Virus record (IMG/VR): IMGVR_UViG_3300032562_000004
Coordinates: 171,813-235,812 of that record
Strand: one strand, 5' to 3'
DNA length: 64,000 bases
The translations under genes were made by a program, and so were the position numbers. Under the pieces are notes generated by a model that searched no databases, was not told the origin of the DNA, and worked only from the letters and a program-made list of their open reading frames with translations. The first letter of the stretch is position 1. Each line of letters opens with the position of its first letter. Positions 45,955 to 55,817 of the stretch are shown here, one piece after another.

Positions 45955-46683
45955 TTATGCTGGGATGATTTCCAGCGTTTTTCTAATTATACCAGGGGAT
46001 ATAAGCTCTAGCATAACTAGCCAGCCTTCCCCATCGTGATCTATAAAGAAATAATCTTGGGTCCGCAAATAAGGGGACTTTGATAGCCATTTAGCAAAAG
46101 CCGGAGCAACTCTTATAGTATCTTGTTGATTATTAAAAAAGTTAATTAAACTGTCTTTATTAGCTTGTGTTAGTTTTACGCTTTTAAAATAACTTCTGTG
46201 GGTAAACTTAGGAACTTTTAATTTAACAGTATTTTTAGGTCTCGATATTATAGCTTCTGTATATTCCTTATTGTCAAGGAAACTCATAGCATTAAGTCTT
46301 TTAAGTAAAGACATATTGTTACTGTATATCCAACCCAAGTTAACCGATGTAACTAATTTAAAATCAGCGGTTGTTGTAAGTAGTAACTCAGCTAATTCGT
46401 GAAGATCCTCAGAAGTTTTATCAGTAATATCTTTCCAACGCCTTGTTAATATAGTTTGAGCTAGTTGAGGTTGGCCGCCGGGACGAACTAAAGTCCAACG
46501 CTGTTGTGCGACTTCTCGCCACAACTTTCTACGATCAATAATAGCATCGATATAGTTGTGGTCGAGAGTCTTCATAGCACTTACTTCATCTAAAGCAAAT
46601 GCTACGCAGTATCGATATTTGTCGTAAAAGTATCTATCTTTATCGACAGGCTTAAACGTTAGGAGATTCGCCATCAAGAACAA
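45955..46683 (-). CDS. Hypothetical protein
   Basis: 242-aa ORF. Confidence 0.65.
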   Translation of the reverse strand: MFLMANLLTFKPVDKDRYFYDKYRYCVAFALDEVSAMKTLDHNYIDAIIDRRKLWREVAQQRWTLVRPGGQPQLAQTILTRRWKDITDKTSEDLHELAELLLTTTADFKLVTSVNLGWIYSNNMSLLKRLNAMSFLDNKEYTEAIISRPKNTVKLKVPKFTHRSYFKSVKLTQANKDSLINFFNNQQDTIRVAPAFAKWLSKSPYLRTQDYFFIDHDGEGWLVMLELISPGIIRKTLEIIPA

Positions 46684-48931
46684 TAATACCAGAATTGTCT
46701 ACAATCGCCAATGGAGCAGTTTGGATAATTGTAAAATCAATCTTATCATCGATTATGATAGCATTGACGGTGCAGTCAGATAAGCGTTCAAACAAAATCT
46801 TCTTAGACAAAGGTACACGAATCAATTCGTCAATCTTACGATTAAGTGGACGAGCACCCATCTTAGGATCATAACCTTTATCAGCTAGCATATCAATAAC
46901 TGCTTCGGATAAATTAAGTCTAATATTTTTATTGTTCAAACTAACTTGTAACTGTTCAACAAATTTAAGTACAACTTTCTTAATAGCAAGGGTATCAAGT
47001 TTCTTAAACTTACAAATTTGATCGATACGATTACGCAACTCAGGTTTGAAGAAGTCCTTCATTGCTTTATCTTCTGATCCTGTTTTTTGTAGTGCTTGAC
47101 CAAATCCAATGTTATTGTTTTCGTTATCGCGAGCACCTAAGTTACTTGTCATAATGATAATAGTATTCTTAAGGTTAACAGTTTTGCCGTTAGCACTAGT
47201 AATACGAGCTTCGTCTAACATCTGTAACATAATGTTAATAACATCAGGGTGAGCTTTTTCAATTTCATCAAACAGGATGATTGAATACGGATTCTTACTA
47301 ATATCACTGATTAACTTGCCGCCACCTACATTGCCATCTTCAAATCCTACATATCCTGGAGGCGCACCAATCAACGAACTTACAGTATGCTTTTCTTGAT
47401 ATTCTGACATATCATACTTTAATAATTGCATATCTAAGTTTGTAGCTAGTAACTTAGCAAGTTCTGTTTTACCAGTACCAGTTGGTCCTAAGAATAAGAA
47501 ACTAGCAATAGGACGATTGTCGTTGCCAATACCAGAAAAGTTAATATAAACTCGCTCAAGTACGCTGTCTACTGCTTCGTCCTGACCATATAATTTTTCT
47601 TTAATATTCGATTCAAGTTCTACAATATTAGCTGAACGCTCGTTTTGTAATCGATCCATAGGAACTTCAGTAACACGACTTAATTGTTCCATAATCATTT
47701 CTTTAGTAATAGTTACATTACCTTGATCCTTAACTCGTTCCTTAGCGCAAGCGCCGTCTAACAAGTCAATACTCTTATCTGGATTCTTACGGTCGTGTAT
47801 ATAACGACCTGATAAATCTACAGCGGCCGTGATAGCATCTGTATCAATTAATACATTGTGGAATGATTCTAAGCGTGGGCTAAGTCCAATAAGGATTTGT
47901 TCTGTAACTTCGTTAGTTGGTTCATCGATACTTACACGATGGAAACGACGCATTAACGCACGATCCTTTTCAAAGGACTCGTAGTATTCTTCCCATGTTG
48001 TACTTGCGATTACCTTAAGTTTACCTTTAGTAATAGCAGGTTTTAACATATTAGCAAAGTCAAGTGTAGATTGTGAGCTAGCGCCAGCACCTTTCATAGT
48101 GTGTGCTTCGTCTACAAACAAAATACAATTACCTTTAGTTTCTAATGCGCCAATAACTTGTTTGAACTTTTCTTCAAATTCGCCGCGATATTTAGAACCA
48201 GCTAACAATGATCCAATCTCTAATGCCCATACTTCATGAGCAATTAAGAACTTAGGAACACGATTATTAATAATCTCTTGAGCTAGGCCTTCTGCGATAG
48301 CAGTTTTACCTACCCCGGGATCTCCAACCATCAATACATTAGCTTTAAATTTACGAGCTAATACTGTAATCATTTCATCAAGTTCAGCACCGCGGCCAAT
48401 CATTGGCTCAAGGCGATCTTCTACCGCCATCTTAGTTAAGTTAACACAGTATTCAGTTAAAATTTCATCTGCTTGCGTAGTTGTAAGAACTACATCATCA
48501 TGTTTGTAGTGTGCTTGCCAGTATTCCATGAACTCTTGTTTCTTAACACCATACTTTAATAAAAAGTAATGTGCGTGTGAATTATTTTCAGCCATCATAG
48601 CAAGATACAAGTCGCCAGTATTCATTGAACGGCGCCCTGTGAACAATACTTGTGTCATTGCTCTGTTGAAGCAACGCTCGAGAGCATTTGTTTTCTTAGG
48701 CTGATTGTCTTTTTTAGTAGTAACCAAACTAGTTAAACTTTGTAAGTAAGCATCTAACTCCATATCTAATAAATCTACACTAGTCCCAAAAGATTCTAGT
48801 ACTTTATAAAATGGAGCATGGCGTATTAATACCAATAAGACGTGCTCAGTTAAAACATATTCGTGTTGACGCTCTTTAGCCAATTTAACAGCTTGGGCGA
48901 CGATTTGTTCGATTTCTTTATTGTTTTGCAT
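46652..48931 (-). CDS. clpA: ATP-dependent Clp protease ATP-binding subunit ClpA
   Basis: Clp N-domain, two AAA+ modules (GDPGVGKT, GPTGTGKT), DMSEY, LFDEIEKAHPD, MGARPL; no ClpB middle domain. Confidence 0.93.
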   Translation of the reverse strand: MQNNKEIEQIVAQAVKLAKERQHEYVLTEHVLLVLIRHAPFYKVLESFGTSVDLLDMELDAYLQSLTSLVTTKKDNQPKKTNALERCFNRAMTQVLFTGRRSMNTGDLYLAMMAENNSHAHYFLLKYGVKKQEFMEYWQAHYKHDDVVLTTTQADEILTEYCVNLTKMAVEDRLEPMIGRGAELDEMITVLARKFKANVLMVGDPGVGKTAIAEGLAQEIINNRVPKFLIAHEVWALEIGSLLAGSKYRGEFEEKFKQVIGALETKGNCILFVDEAHTMKGAGASSQSTLDFANMLKPAITKGKLKVIASTTWEEYYESFEKDRALMRRFHRVSIDEPTNEVTEQILIGLSPRLESFHNVLIDTDAITAAVDLSGRYIHDRKNPDKSIDLLDGACAKERVKDQGNVTITKEMIMEQLSRVTEVPMDRLQNERSANIVELESNIKEKLYGQDEAVDSVLERVYINFSGIGNDNRPIASFLFLGPTGTGKTELAKLLATNLDMQLLKYDMSEYQEKHTVSSLIGAPPGYVGFEDGNVGGGKLISDISKNPYSIILFDEIEKAHPDVINIMLQMLDEARITSANGKTVNLKNTIIIMTSNLGARDNENNNIGFGQALQKTGSEDKAMKDFFKPELRNRIDQICKFKKLDTLAIKKVVLKFVEQLQVSLNNKNIRLNLSEAVIDMLADKGYDPKMGARPLNRKIDELIRVPLSKKILFERLSDCTVNAIIIDDKIDFTIIQTAPLAIVDNSGIIVLDGESPNV

Positions 48932-48994
48932 GTTTTCCTTTGCTTGGTACTAGTTAAGTATATAGCATTACTAAACAAAATACAATGATTATGG

Positions 48995-49789
48995 TTACTT
49001 CTTTTGTGCTTCTTTGATAAGATTGGTTAGTTCGTCACTTAGGCTAGATGGCATTTTGGCATGAATTCTAACTAATAAATCGCCAACAGGTCCTTGGCGT
49101 GAAGCTAGTCCTCTACCTTTCAGACGCAATAGTCCGCCTGGCTGTGTTAACGGTGGAATGGTTAAAGTTAATTGGTTACCCAAAATATCTTTTACTTCTG
49201 TTTCTCCGCCAACTAAACAATCCCAAATAGATACTTGCTGGTCCATTGTTAAGTTTAATCCTTGGCGATGCCATTTTGGATGTTGATGTATTCTAAAATT
49301 AACAATTAAATCTGTGTTACCAGGACCTATGCCAGGATATTGAATATTATCGCCATCGTTAAGTCCCAATGGGATTTCTATTTCAATTGTCATTGAGCCT
49401 TGCTGTGTACCTACAGTAACAGGCCGCTTGCCGCCTTGTGCTACATCTTGTAATGTTACCCATAAGCTCATTCTGGTATGGGTTTGTCGTTGCTGTCCTG
49501 GATGTTGATGCCCTGGATGAAACTGTGCGCCAAACATACTAAAGATATTGTTAAAATCGAACCCGCCACCATTAAATTCAAAATGTATATTTTGATTAGG
49601 ATTATCGTATTGGGCTCGTTTACTAGGATCGCTTAATGTTTCATAAGCCGACTGAACCGATTGAAATTTAGCTTTATCGCCACCTTCGCGGTCTGGATGA
49701 TACTTTGCCGCCATACGGCGATATGCTTTTTTAATATCGTCAGCAGACGCATTACGGTCTACTCCTAAGGTTTGATAGTGATCTGTCAT
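48995..49789 (-). CDS. dnaJ: DnaJ/CbpA-type co-chaperone (J-domain + C-terminal domain, no zinc finger)
   Basis: [10 protein letters not shown]...YHPD..GD...AYETLSD; LRLKGRG..GDLLV. Confidence 0.92.
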   Translation of the reverse strand: MTDHYQTLGVDRNASADDIKKAYRRMAAKYHPDREGGDKAKFQSVQSAYETLSDPSKRAQYDNPNQNIHFEFNGGGFDFNNIFSMFGAQFHPGHQHPGQQRQTHTRMSLWVTLQDVAQGGKRPVTVGTQQGSMTIEIEIPLGLNDGDNIQYPGIGPGNTDLIVNFRIHQHPKWHRQGLNLTMDQQVSIWDCLVGGETEVKDILGNQLTLTIPPLTQPGGLLRLKGRGLASRQGPVGDLLVRIHAKMPSSLSDELTNLIKEAQKK

Positions 49790-50385
49790 ATTGTAATAAA
49801 TGTGCAATTTTTTCGTATTAGATAGGGAGATAAATTTGTAGCCGCCATTGCTTCTCTAATAGAAGCATATTCAATACCATTAAGTAATAACGGTTTTGAG
49901 GCGGCGTTCTCTTTACCTGTCCTGTTGCCTTTTTGTTTTTGACTGCTCTTACGTTTTCTATCATTGGAACAAGGTATTCCATATAATGGATGATTACTAC
50001 CTTTCATTCGTTCGCTTTGTGCTGGATTCTTCTTACCGCCCCAGACACTTAGCTCACCGACGTATACACCTTTTAATGCTTTACTTCGTTTGGCTCGAAC
50101 TTCTGGAGATATATTACTTCCGCCTTCGCCGCCATCTGTTTGATTTGCTAATATGCCAGTACCGATGTCTTTGCGCCCAAACTTTTTAATAAGTTTTTTT
50201 TCGAGGTCAAACGCTTCCTCCTCAAATAAAGATTTGGCAATTATTATAATTCGATTTTTATCTGATGGTGGTTTATAAGTGCGTTTTTTTGACCATGCTC
50301 GATCACCGGACCCCTTACCTATGTAGTAAGGGGATTGCCCGTCTTTACGAAGATAAGCATAAACATAGAATTTTGGGTCAGTCAT
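49786..50385 (-). mobile_element. Free-standing GIY-YIG homing endonuclease
   Basis: FYVYAYLR...PYYIGKG...E...N.TDGGEG; NUMOD3-like tail; own TTTACA-N17-TATAAT promoter. Confidence 0.88.
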
Positions 50386-50421
50386 AATATTAATTATACT
50401 ACAAACAACCTGCGGTGTAAA

Positions 50422-50604
50422 TTATTTCTTCTTTTTGGATTTAGGAGTAGGTTCTGGAACTACTGTGCCTTCTACTTTTTTGTGTACTTTGACATTTTTA
50501 CATACTTGTTTGCCTTTTTGTTCATGACAAACTTTTTCCATAACGCCACCTGCGTGTGCTACTGTAAATCCTAATGTTAATGCGATTACTAATATAGATT
50601 TCAT
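50422..50604 (-). CDS. Small secreted protein
   Basis: Signal peptide MKSILVIALTLGFTVAHA, two Cys. Confidence 0.6.
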   Translation of the reverse strand: MKSILVIALTLGFTVAHAGGVMEKVCHEQKGKQVCKNVKVHKKVEGTVVPEPTPKSKKKK

Positions 50605-50620
50605 TTTATTATCCTTATCC

Positions 50621-51304
50621 TTATAGTGCTGGGAATGACTGTGTTGGGCCACTTGGCTTACCGCTAGCTGTTATTGGCGGTGTTGAATTAAAGGTTGGAG
50701 GAGTGGCTGTTGAGCCAAATCCGCCTGACGCAGGAGCGCCGAATCCGCCCGCTGTACTACCCCCGAAACCTCCTGCTGCCGGAGCGCCAAATGTTGAAGC
50801 CCCGCTTGATGATGAACCGAATCCGCCACTTTGTTGTCCTCCAAAACCGCCCCCTGCTGGAGCGCCAAAACCGCCACTTTGTTGACCACCAAAGCCTCCG
50901 CCCATTCCGGAGTTCATACCGTTATTCATACCGTTATTCATCATGCCAGGTTGCATACCTGGTGGAATATATGTGGTTCCAGCTCCAGGACCAAAGCCTT
51001 CGGCTAACCCGCCTTGCTCTGCGCCGGCCATCTTTTCTTTAGTGCGACCATAAGCGGCAATGCCTAATACCGCACCCATAGCAATATGAAATAGCCCAGC
51101 ACCTTGTAGTGTAAGTGGCTGCCATTGACTTAAAGGTCCAACTCTTTGCATAGTTTGAACCAACGCCCACAATACAGGAAATAACATAAAGTCACAACAA
51201 CATACAGCCATATACATCCAGCCCATCATTGGACGCCATTTGGCATTCATCCAATCTTCTTTTTTCTTCTCACTTGCGCTTAGTTGATTCTCGCAGTTAG
51301 ACAT
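50621..51304 (-). CDS. Holin-like membrane protein (3TM-holin type) with a Gly/Phe repeat tail
   Basis: WRPMMGWMY...PLTLQGAGLFHIAMGAVLGIAAYGRTKEK; located in the lysis cassette. Confidence 0.65.
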   Translation of the reverse strand: MSNCENQLSASEKKKEDWMNAKWRPMMGWMYMAVCCCDFMLFPVLWALVQTMQRVGPLSQWQPLTLQGAGLFHIAMGAVLGIAAYGRTKEKMAGAEQGGLAEGFGPGAGTTYIPPGMQPGMMNNGMNNGMNSGMGGGFGGQQSGGFGAPAGGGFGGQQSGGFGSSSSGASTFGAPAAGGFGGSTAGGFGAPASGGFGSTATPPTFNSTPPITASGKPSGPTQSFPAL

Positions 51305-51341
51305 ATTAGCTCCTTGTTATTGTTATTATTTTGTATTTATA

Positions 51342-51752
51342 TTATTGCGGTGCTACTAAAGGTGGAGCTTCTGGATCTGTTACTTGTTCTAACTGTGCCG
51401 GTGTAAGAGCTGTAGGATCTATAGCAACAGGAGCTGTAACTACTACAGGTGCTACAGGAGCAGCACGATTCATAATTTCTTCGGCTTTTCGAGCGGCAGC
51501 TTCTGCTTCGGTTGCTAATGCTTCTGCGGCAGCTTGTGCCTTAGCTACATCAGCTCGGGCACGTGCGGCGGCAGCTTGTGCGGCTTGACTAGCAGTTTGC
51601 GCGGCTTTAGCAGCTTTAACTTTAGCGGCTTGTAATGCTTGTTCAGCATGAGCAATATCTGCTTCTGCGTGTTCTGCTATTTGTTTAGCATCAATAAATG
51701 CGGCTTTTAATTTTTCTGCGGCCGCTTTTTCAATTTTTGTAAACCATCCCAT
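51342..51752 (-). CDS. Ala-rich coiled-coil protein
   Basis: MGWFTKIEKAAA..., long Ala/Gln/Lys helix. Confidence 0.6.
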   Translation of the reverse strand: MGWFTKIEKAAAEKLKAAFIDAKQIAEHAEADIAHAEQALQAAKVKAAKAAQTASQAAQAAAARARADVAKAQAAAEALATEAEAAARKAEEIMNRAAPVAPVVVTAPVAIDPTALTPAQLEQVTDPEAPPLVAPQ

Positions 51753-51762
51753 GTTATTCTCC

Positions 51763-52023
51763 TTAATATACTGCGCCAATAATAGTTAATAATCCACTAA
51801 TAACTGTGTTTAGTGTTTCTTTAAACTGTAACTGACTCATTTCTTGTACAACGGCTAATTGTCGTTGTGTATCTTTTAATAGCTCTGCTAAATCTTGTGT
51901 ACTAAACTGTCCAGCTTGTGCGGCTTGGGTAGCTTGTTGAATATTCTGTGCCGCTTGAGCAAACGCAGGATCTCCACAGTTAGCTAAGTCCGATAATGCT
52001 TGATTGATTTGATCCATATTCAT
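51763..52023 (-). CDS. Hypothetical protein with C-terminal hydrophobic segment
   Basis: 86 aa. Confidence 0.6.
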   Translation of the reverse strand: MNMDQINQALSDLANCGDPAFAQAAQNIQQATQAAQAGQFSTQDLAELLKDTQRQLAVVQEMSQLQFKETLNTVISGLLTIIGAVY

Positions 52024-52421
52024 CGAGGTCTACTCCCTATAACGTGTTGAATTATTTCTGCTGTATTCTCAACATTAGACATTTTGAGTTTACAGAATAA
52101 CGGCGACACTGGTGTGCTTTCTGTGTATCTAGTTGCTAACCCTTGTGCTATTTCGTTTAATGACTTTGCGGCTTTATAGCCGTTGTCATTGTGTGGTAAT
52201 TCTTGACTATACTTTTCATACAATTCTGTTTTATATGCTAATGCTGTAGCATTGGATTGCGCTAGTAAAGGATTACTACATTGATTTTTATACATACTAG
52301 CATCTACACGAATTTCTGTAATTTGATGATATTCAATGTTATCAAACTTAGTCATTAACACAGCATCTACTACTGTACAACTAACTAATACAGGTAATAA
52401 TAGTGCTATAAGGCGTTTCAT
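52020..52421 (-). CDS. Lipoprotein
   Basis: Lipobox LVSC. Confidence 0.7.
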   Translation of the reverse strand: MKRLIALLLPVLVSCTVVDAVLMTKFDNIEYHQITEIRVDASMYKNQCSNPLLAQSNATALAYKTELYEKYSQELPHNDNGYKAAKSLNEIAQGLATRYTESTPVSPLFCKLKMSNVENTAEIIQHVIGSRPR

Positions 52422-52690
52422 TTAGATTCACCGTAAATGTTTTTGTTTGTGTTATACCATTGTATCCAAGTTTCAACTCGTTCCTTTAACAAATAGTATT
52501 GAGCAAAATTATCATTTGCGTTTTCAATCATATCTGTTAGTGTGCGCTTGTCTTCTGGCAATGGAGTTAAATCTGGTGGCGGTGCTAACATTTCATCACT
52601 AGCAGTAGGCCACTTTAATGTAACTGGAACAGTATTATTAGCACAACCGGCAATAGTAACCACAAATAATAGTATTAATAATTTTTTCAT
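52418..52690 (-). CDS. o-spanin-like lipoprotein (Rz1-like)
   Basis: Lipobox IAGC and Pro-rich segment; follows the i-spanin candidate. Confidence 0.7.
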   Translation of the reverse strand: MKKLLILLFVVTIAGCANNTVPVTLKWPTASDEMLAPPPDLTPLPEDKRTLTDMIENANDNFAQYYLLKERVETWIQWYNTNKNIYGESK

Positions 52691-53166
52691 TTTGTTGGCC
52701 CTACGGTAACAAATCCATTAGTAGCTTGATTTTTAACAGCGCGATTATAAGTATCAAAAGCTATATCATTTATAGTACATTCTTTGTTTATTACTACACG
52801 ATTTTGTTCAGCTTGTTGTTTAACTCCATAAGTATGACCTTTAATTAAATTTTCATTAGCTTTAAGAGCTTGAGTAAGTTGTGCGTTGGCAGCATCACTT
52901 TTTTGTTCTAGTAATTGCATTTGCTGTTGTGCGTCTTTTAAATCTTGTTGATATATAGCTACTACACCAGAGCCACCATACATAAAAATACTAACCAACA
53001 TTACTATACCACTAACTGGTTTAAGGAATATAGCATAAGGTTTACATTCAGGAATATGTGTTAATATTCCAGATAAAAAATAAATTGCGGCGGCACCACC
53101 TGCGGCAGCTGGCCATACCCAGACTGGTATGTTACCTAACAAGTAGTGGACAGCAAAAGCATACAT
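52687..53166 (-). CDS. i-spanin-like membrane protein (Rz-like)
   Basis: N-terminal TM helices plus periplasmic coiled coil; follows the endolysin. Confidence 0.65.
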   Translation of the reverse strand: MYAFAVHYLLGNIPVWVWPAAAGGAAAIYFLSGILTHIPECKPYAIFLKPVSGIVMLVSIFMYGGSGVVAIYQQDLKDAQQQMQLLEQKSDAANAQLTQALKANENLIKGHTYGVKQQAEQNRVVINKECTINDIAFDTYNRAVKNQATNGFVTVGPTK

Positions 53167-53777
53167 TATGAACTCAATATCTGATAAGCACGACTACAAT
53201 GTTGTTCGCGTTCAGGAAGACCTAATTCGCCGCCATTGATTTTAATACTTAACTCACGAATATTGCCAGCATCGGCATATTGATTAAGATTATTATTTTC
53301 CCAGAACCAGCAAGCTGATTGAATAGCGCCTTCGAATGTAGTAAGGAACGCAGGAACATCGTCGATATTCATTTGTAGACTGTCAGCAAATGCTTGATAG
53401 TTACTACGACCAGTAACTTGAATCAAACCGCGGCCACAAAACTTCCAACCATCGCCTGATGCTTCGTCGCCATTGCCCATACGACCAGCATAAGCACGAT
53501 TAGCAATCTTTTCTGGATTGTGTGCGTATTGGTCAGCAATGTCTGGTGTAAAGTGACTAGGCCAAACACGACATAAGCTAGCCGCCTGATAATTTAAATT
53601 TTCATGTAATGCTGTATAGCCAGCAGACTCAACATAAGTTTCACCTAAAAAGGCAGCTACCCGATTGATTGTTGTGATATCGTAATCAGGAAGAATTTTG
53701 TTTAATGCGTTACACCAGTGTTCAACATATTCGTTGCCTGGTAATATTTGTGCTAATTGATCTTGTCTTATTTCCAT
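53166..53777 (-). CDS. Glycoside hydrolase family 19 endolysin
   Basis: AAFLGETYVES, ENLNY, GDGWKFCGRGLIQVTGRSNY, INGG. Confidence 0.9.
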   Translation of the reverse strand: MEIRQDQLAQILPGNEYVEHWCNALNKILPDYDITTINRVAAFLGETYVESAGYTALHENLNYQAASLCRVWPSHFTPDIADQYAHNPEKIANRAYAGRMGNGDEASGDGWKFCGRGLIQVTGRSNYQAFADSLQMNIDDVPAFLTTFEGAIQSACWFWENNNLNQYADAGNIRELSIKINGGELGLPEREQHCSRAYQILSS

Positions 53778-53815
53778 AGTAGATGTGCTCCGTGTCTACT
53801 AATATTTAGTTAGAT

Positions 53816-54223
53816 TTAAGGTAAAATGTTGCTGGCTATTATACTAGCCCAACGCTCAGCATCTTGTTCTGTTACACGATAATCGTATGTTTTAGGGCTT
53901 TTAAATAAGGCATTAGTATCAGCAAATCTGCCCTCTTTAATAGTATCTACCCATATTGTAATCTCCGGGGCAAATATTTCACGCATTTCTAGTAATGGGC
54001 ATACGAAATCAGCAATAGCATATTCTGATTCACTTGCGTCACATAGTTCACGCATACGACGACTTTGACGAATTCTTCCTTCTTCGCTAAAGTCCCAATC
54101 GTTAAATTGTGCTCTAATTTCGTCAGCATTAAAATGCTGTGCGTTAATTTTTTCTACTAAGGATTTTGCTAAGGTAGTTTTTCCTGAGCCAGGAAGGCCC
54201 AGGATTAAAATACGATGTGCCAT
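53816..54223 (-). CDS. P-loop kinase, adenylylsulfate-kinase-like
   Basis: ILGLPGSGKTT, NADEIR..DWDFSEEGRIRQ, DFVCP. Confidence 0.8.
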   Translation of the reverse strand: MAHRILILGLPGSGKTTLAKSLVEKINAQHFNADEIRAQFNDWDFSEEGRIRQSRRMRELCDASESEYAIADFVCPLLEMREIFAPEITIWVDTIKEGRFADTNALFKSPKTYDYRVTEQDAERWASIIASNILP

Positions 54224-54378
54224 TATTATTATAATCTTTCAATAGTTACATAACTACCGTACGGCGTTGTGTTTGTGGTAAGCATCCAGGTGCTCATTTA
54301 GCTTGTCCTGTTTTTATTCTTCTTTGACCCAACGGCAAGTTGTTTCGTCAAATGTGTAGCCATCGCCCGGTGTAGGTG

Positions 54379-54522
54379 CTATGAATGCGTCACGACCTGA
54401 GTCATATGTAAATCCAACGCCGGCTCTATCACTGCTACAGGCTCTTGTACAACTTTCTCGGCTCCTGTACCATGTTGTTCTATTGTGTCAGCTAATGCTC
54501 TTAATATTTCTTCAAATCTCAT
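54379..54522 (-). CDS. Short ORF, probably a gene-fusion relic
   Basis: MRFEEILRALADTIE...; overlaps an out-of-frame fragment of another gene. Confidence 0.4.
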   Translation of the reverse strand: MRFEEILRALADTIEQHGTGAEKVVQEPVAVIEPALDLHMTQVVTHS

Positions 54523-54523
54523 T

Positions 54524-55081
54524 TTATAATATCCCCGCGGCGGCTTGTAGAGCTTTGATAGATTCATCTTGCTCGTAATATGCTTTTGTAGGCAACCCAG
54601 CTGCCACTCGCATTTCGTTTAATCCTTCATCGTGTGTTTCACGATATGCTTTTGGCGATAGTGGAACTATGCGCTCAAATTCTTCTTGAGTGTAAGGATA
54701 TTCCTTACCTTCATAAACCATTGTCCAATCTTTTGGCTCAAATTCTGTTAAGGTAGACAAATCATCTAATAACTGTTGTACATGGGAACCTGCTGTACTG
54801 CGTCTACGAATTTCAACATATACTAAGTAACGATTTGGTTTAATTTCGCCTGGACTACGGTCAGCATCAATAATAAAATCATAACCTTTTTCGAACCAAT
54901 TCATTAAATCTTTCGAAGCATTAGGGTCGCGAACAAAGAAAGAGATAACAATAATGTCATCATCCTCGCCCATCTTGCTAGTAAACTCGTCAATATGAAT
55001 AACTGGCTTTAATAAGCCTTCCATGTCTTTATATTCTAAAGTTTCAAATATAAAATTAGAGTTGAGGTTCTTGTTGTCCAT
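54524..55081 (-). CDS. Conserved hypothetical phage protein
   Basis: 185-aa acidic ORF. Confidence 0.7.
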   Translation of the reverse strand: MDNKNLNSNFIFETLEYKDMEGLLKPVIHIDEFTSKMGEDDDIIVISFFVRDPNASKDLMNWFEKGYDFIIDADRSPGEIKPNRYLVYVEIRRRSTAGSHVQQLLDDLSTLTEFEPKDWTMVYEGKEYPYTQEEFERIVPLSPKAYRETHDEGLNEMRVAAGLPTKAYYEQDESIKALQAAAGIL

Positions 55082-55628
55082 TGTCTGTATAGTTAGGTTG
55101 TGTTTGTTCTTTGTCTAAATCTTTACTGTACGCATTGTCTAAGTCTTCCAAGTCCATTTCTTCCTCTTCCAACGCAATACTTCCAGTACGGATATCACTC
55201 ATTAAATTCTTAGGCATAGTAATTTCTACTAGCCAAATCTTTTTCTCGATAATTCTAGCAATTTTAGTGCCAGGACGATAATCGGATGGATCCTCAATTT
55301 TAAGAGGAATCTTCATGTTAGTTTTTTTAAATTTTACTTCACAATCAAAAGGAAGTAATCTGCGAGCCCCGCGTGGGTCTGGCATTAAATTCTCAGGCCA
55401 CATAAAAATACAAGAAACTTTGTATTTGGAAATAGTAGGGCCTTGTACTAATTCACCAATTCCCCAGTTCTTAAATGCGTATAAATCCAAAGAATCCAAC
55501 ACACGCTCGTAGTCAAGTAAAGTTAATAAACTACCTTCACTAAGGTAGATATCTTTAATGTTGGCGGCGACCTGCCAATAGTCGGCATGATCTTTAAAGA
55601 TTTCAGAGTCAAAAGGTTTATTTGCCAT
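55056..55628 (-). CDS. Conserved hypothetical phage protein
   Basis: 190-aa ORF after a TAAATA motif. Confidence 0.7.
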   Translation of the reverse strand: MANKPFDSEIFKDHADYWQVAANIKDIYLSEGSLLTLLDYERVLDSLDLYAFKNWGIGELVQGPTISKYKVSCIFMWPENLMPDPRGARRLLPFDCEVKFKKTNMKIPLKIEDPSDYRPGTKIARIIEKKIWLVEITMPKNLMSDIRTGSIALEEEEMDLEDLDNAYSKDLDKEQTQPNYTDNGQQEPQL

Positions 55629-55817
55629 AGTAATGTATTTAGTTAAATGGAAAGGTTAAGGTTATTTTGAAATTTAAGCGCAGAACAGCACTTTGGACTA
55701 TTACTTATGCTTGAAATATAAGATATTAACACCCATAGAATATAAAAATCATGGGTCGTAAATACTCTTGACAGCAAGGTGCTGTCGGAAGTAACTCAAC
55801 TACAAACGGAGTCTAAA

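Noticed and set aside
50700-50960. Repeated GC-rich units resembling a CRISPR array or DNA repeat
   Set aside because: The units are degenerate, in-frame codon repeats of a Gly/Phe-rich protein tail with no constant repeat-spacer period. No cas genes are in the window.
54379-54460. Programmed -1 frameshift joining the short ORF to the AGVGFTYD fragment
   Set aside because: No X-XXY-YYZ slippery heptamer or downstream stimulator is evident; a deletion scar is simpler.
55640-55817. Pho box or riboswitch upstream of phoH
   Set aside because: Two small hairpins (CCCAT/ATGGG, GACAGC/GCTGTC) and a TAAATA motif are present, but I found no CTGTCAT-type direct repeats and no recognisable aptamer.
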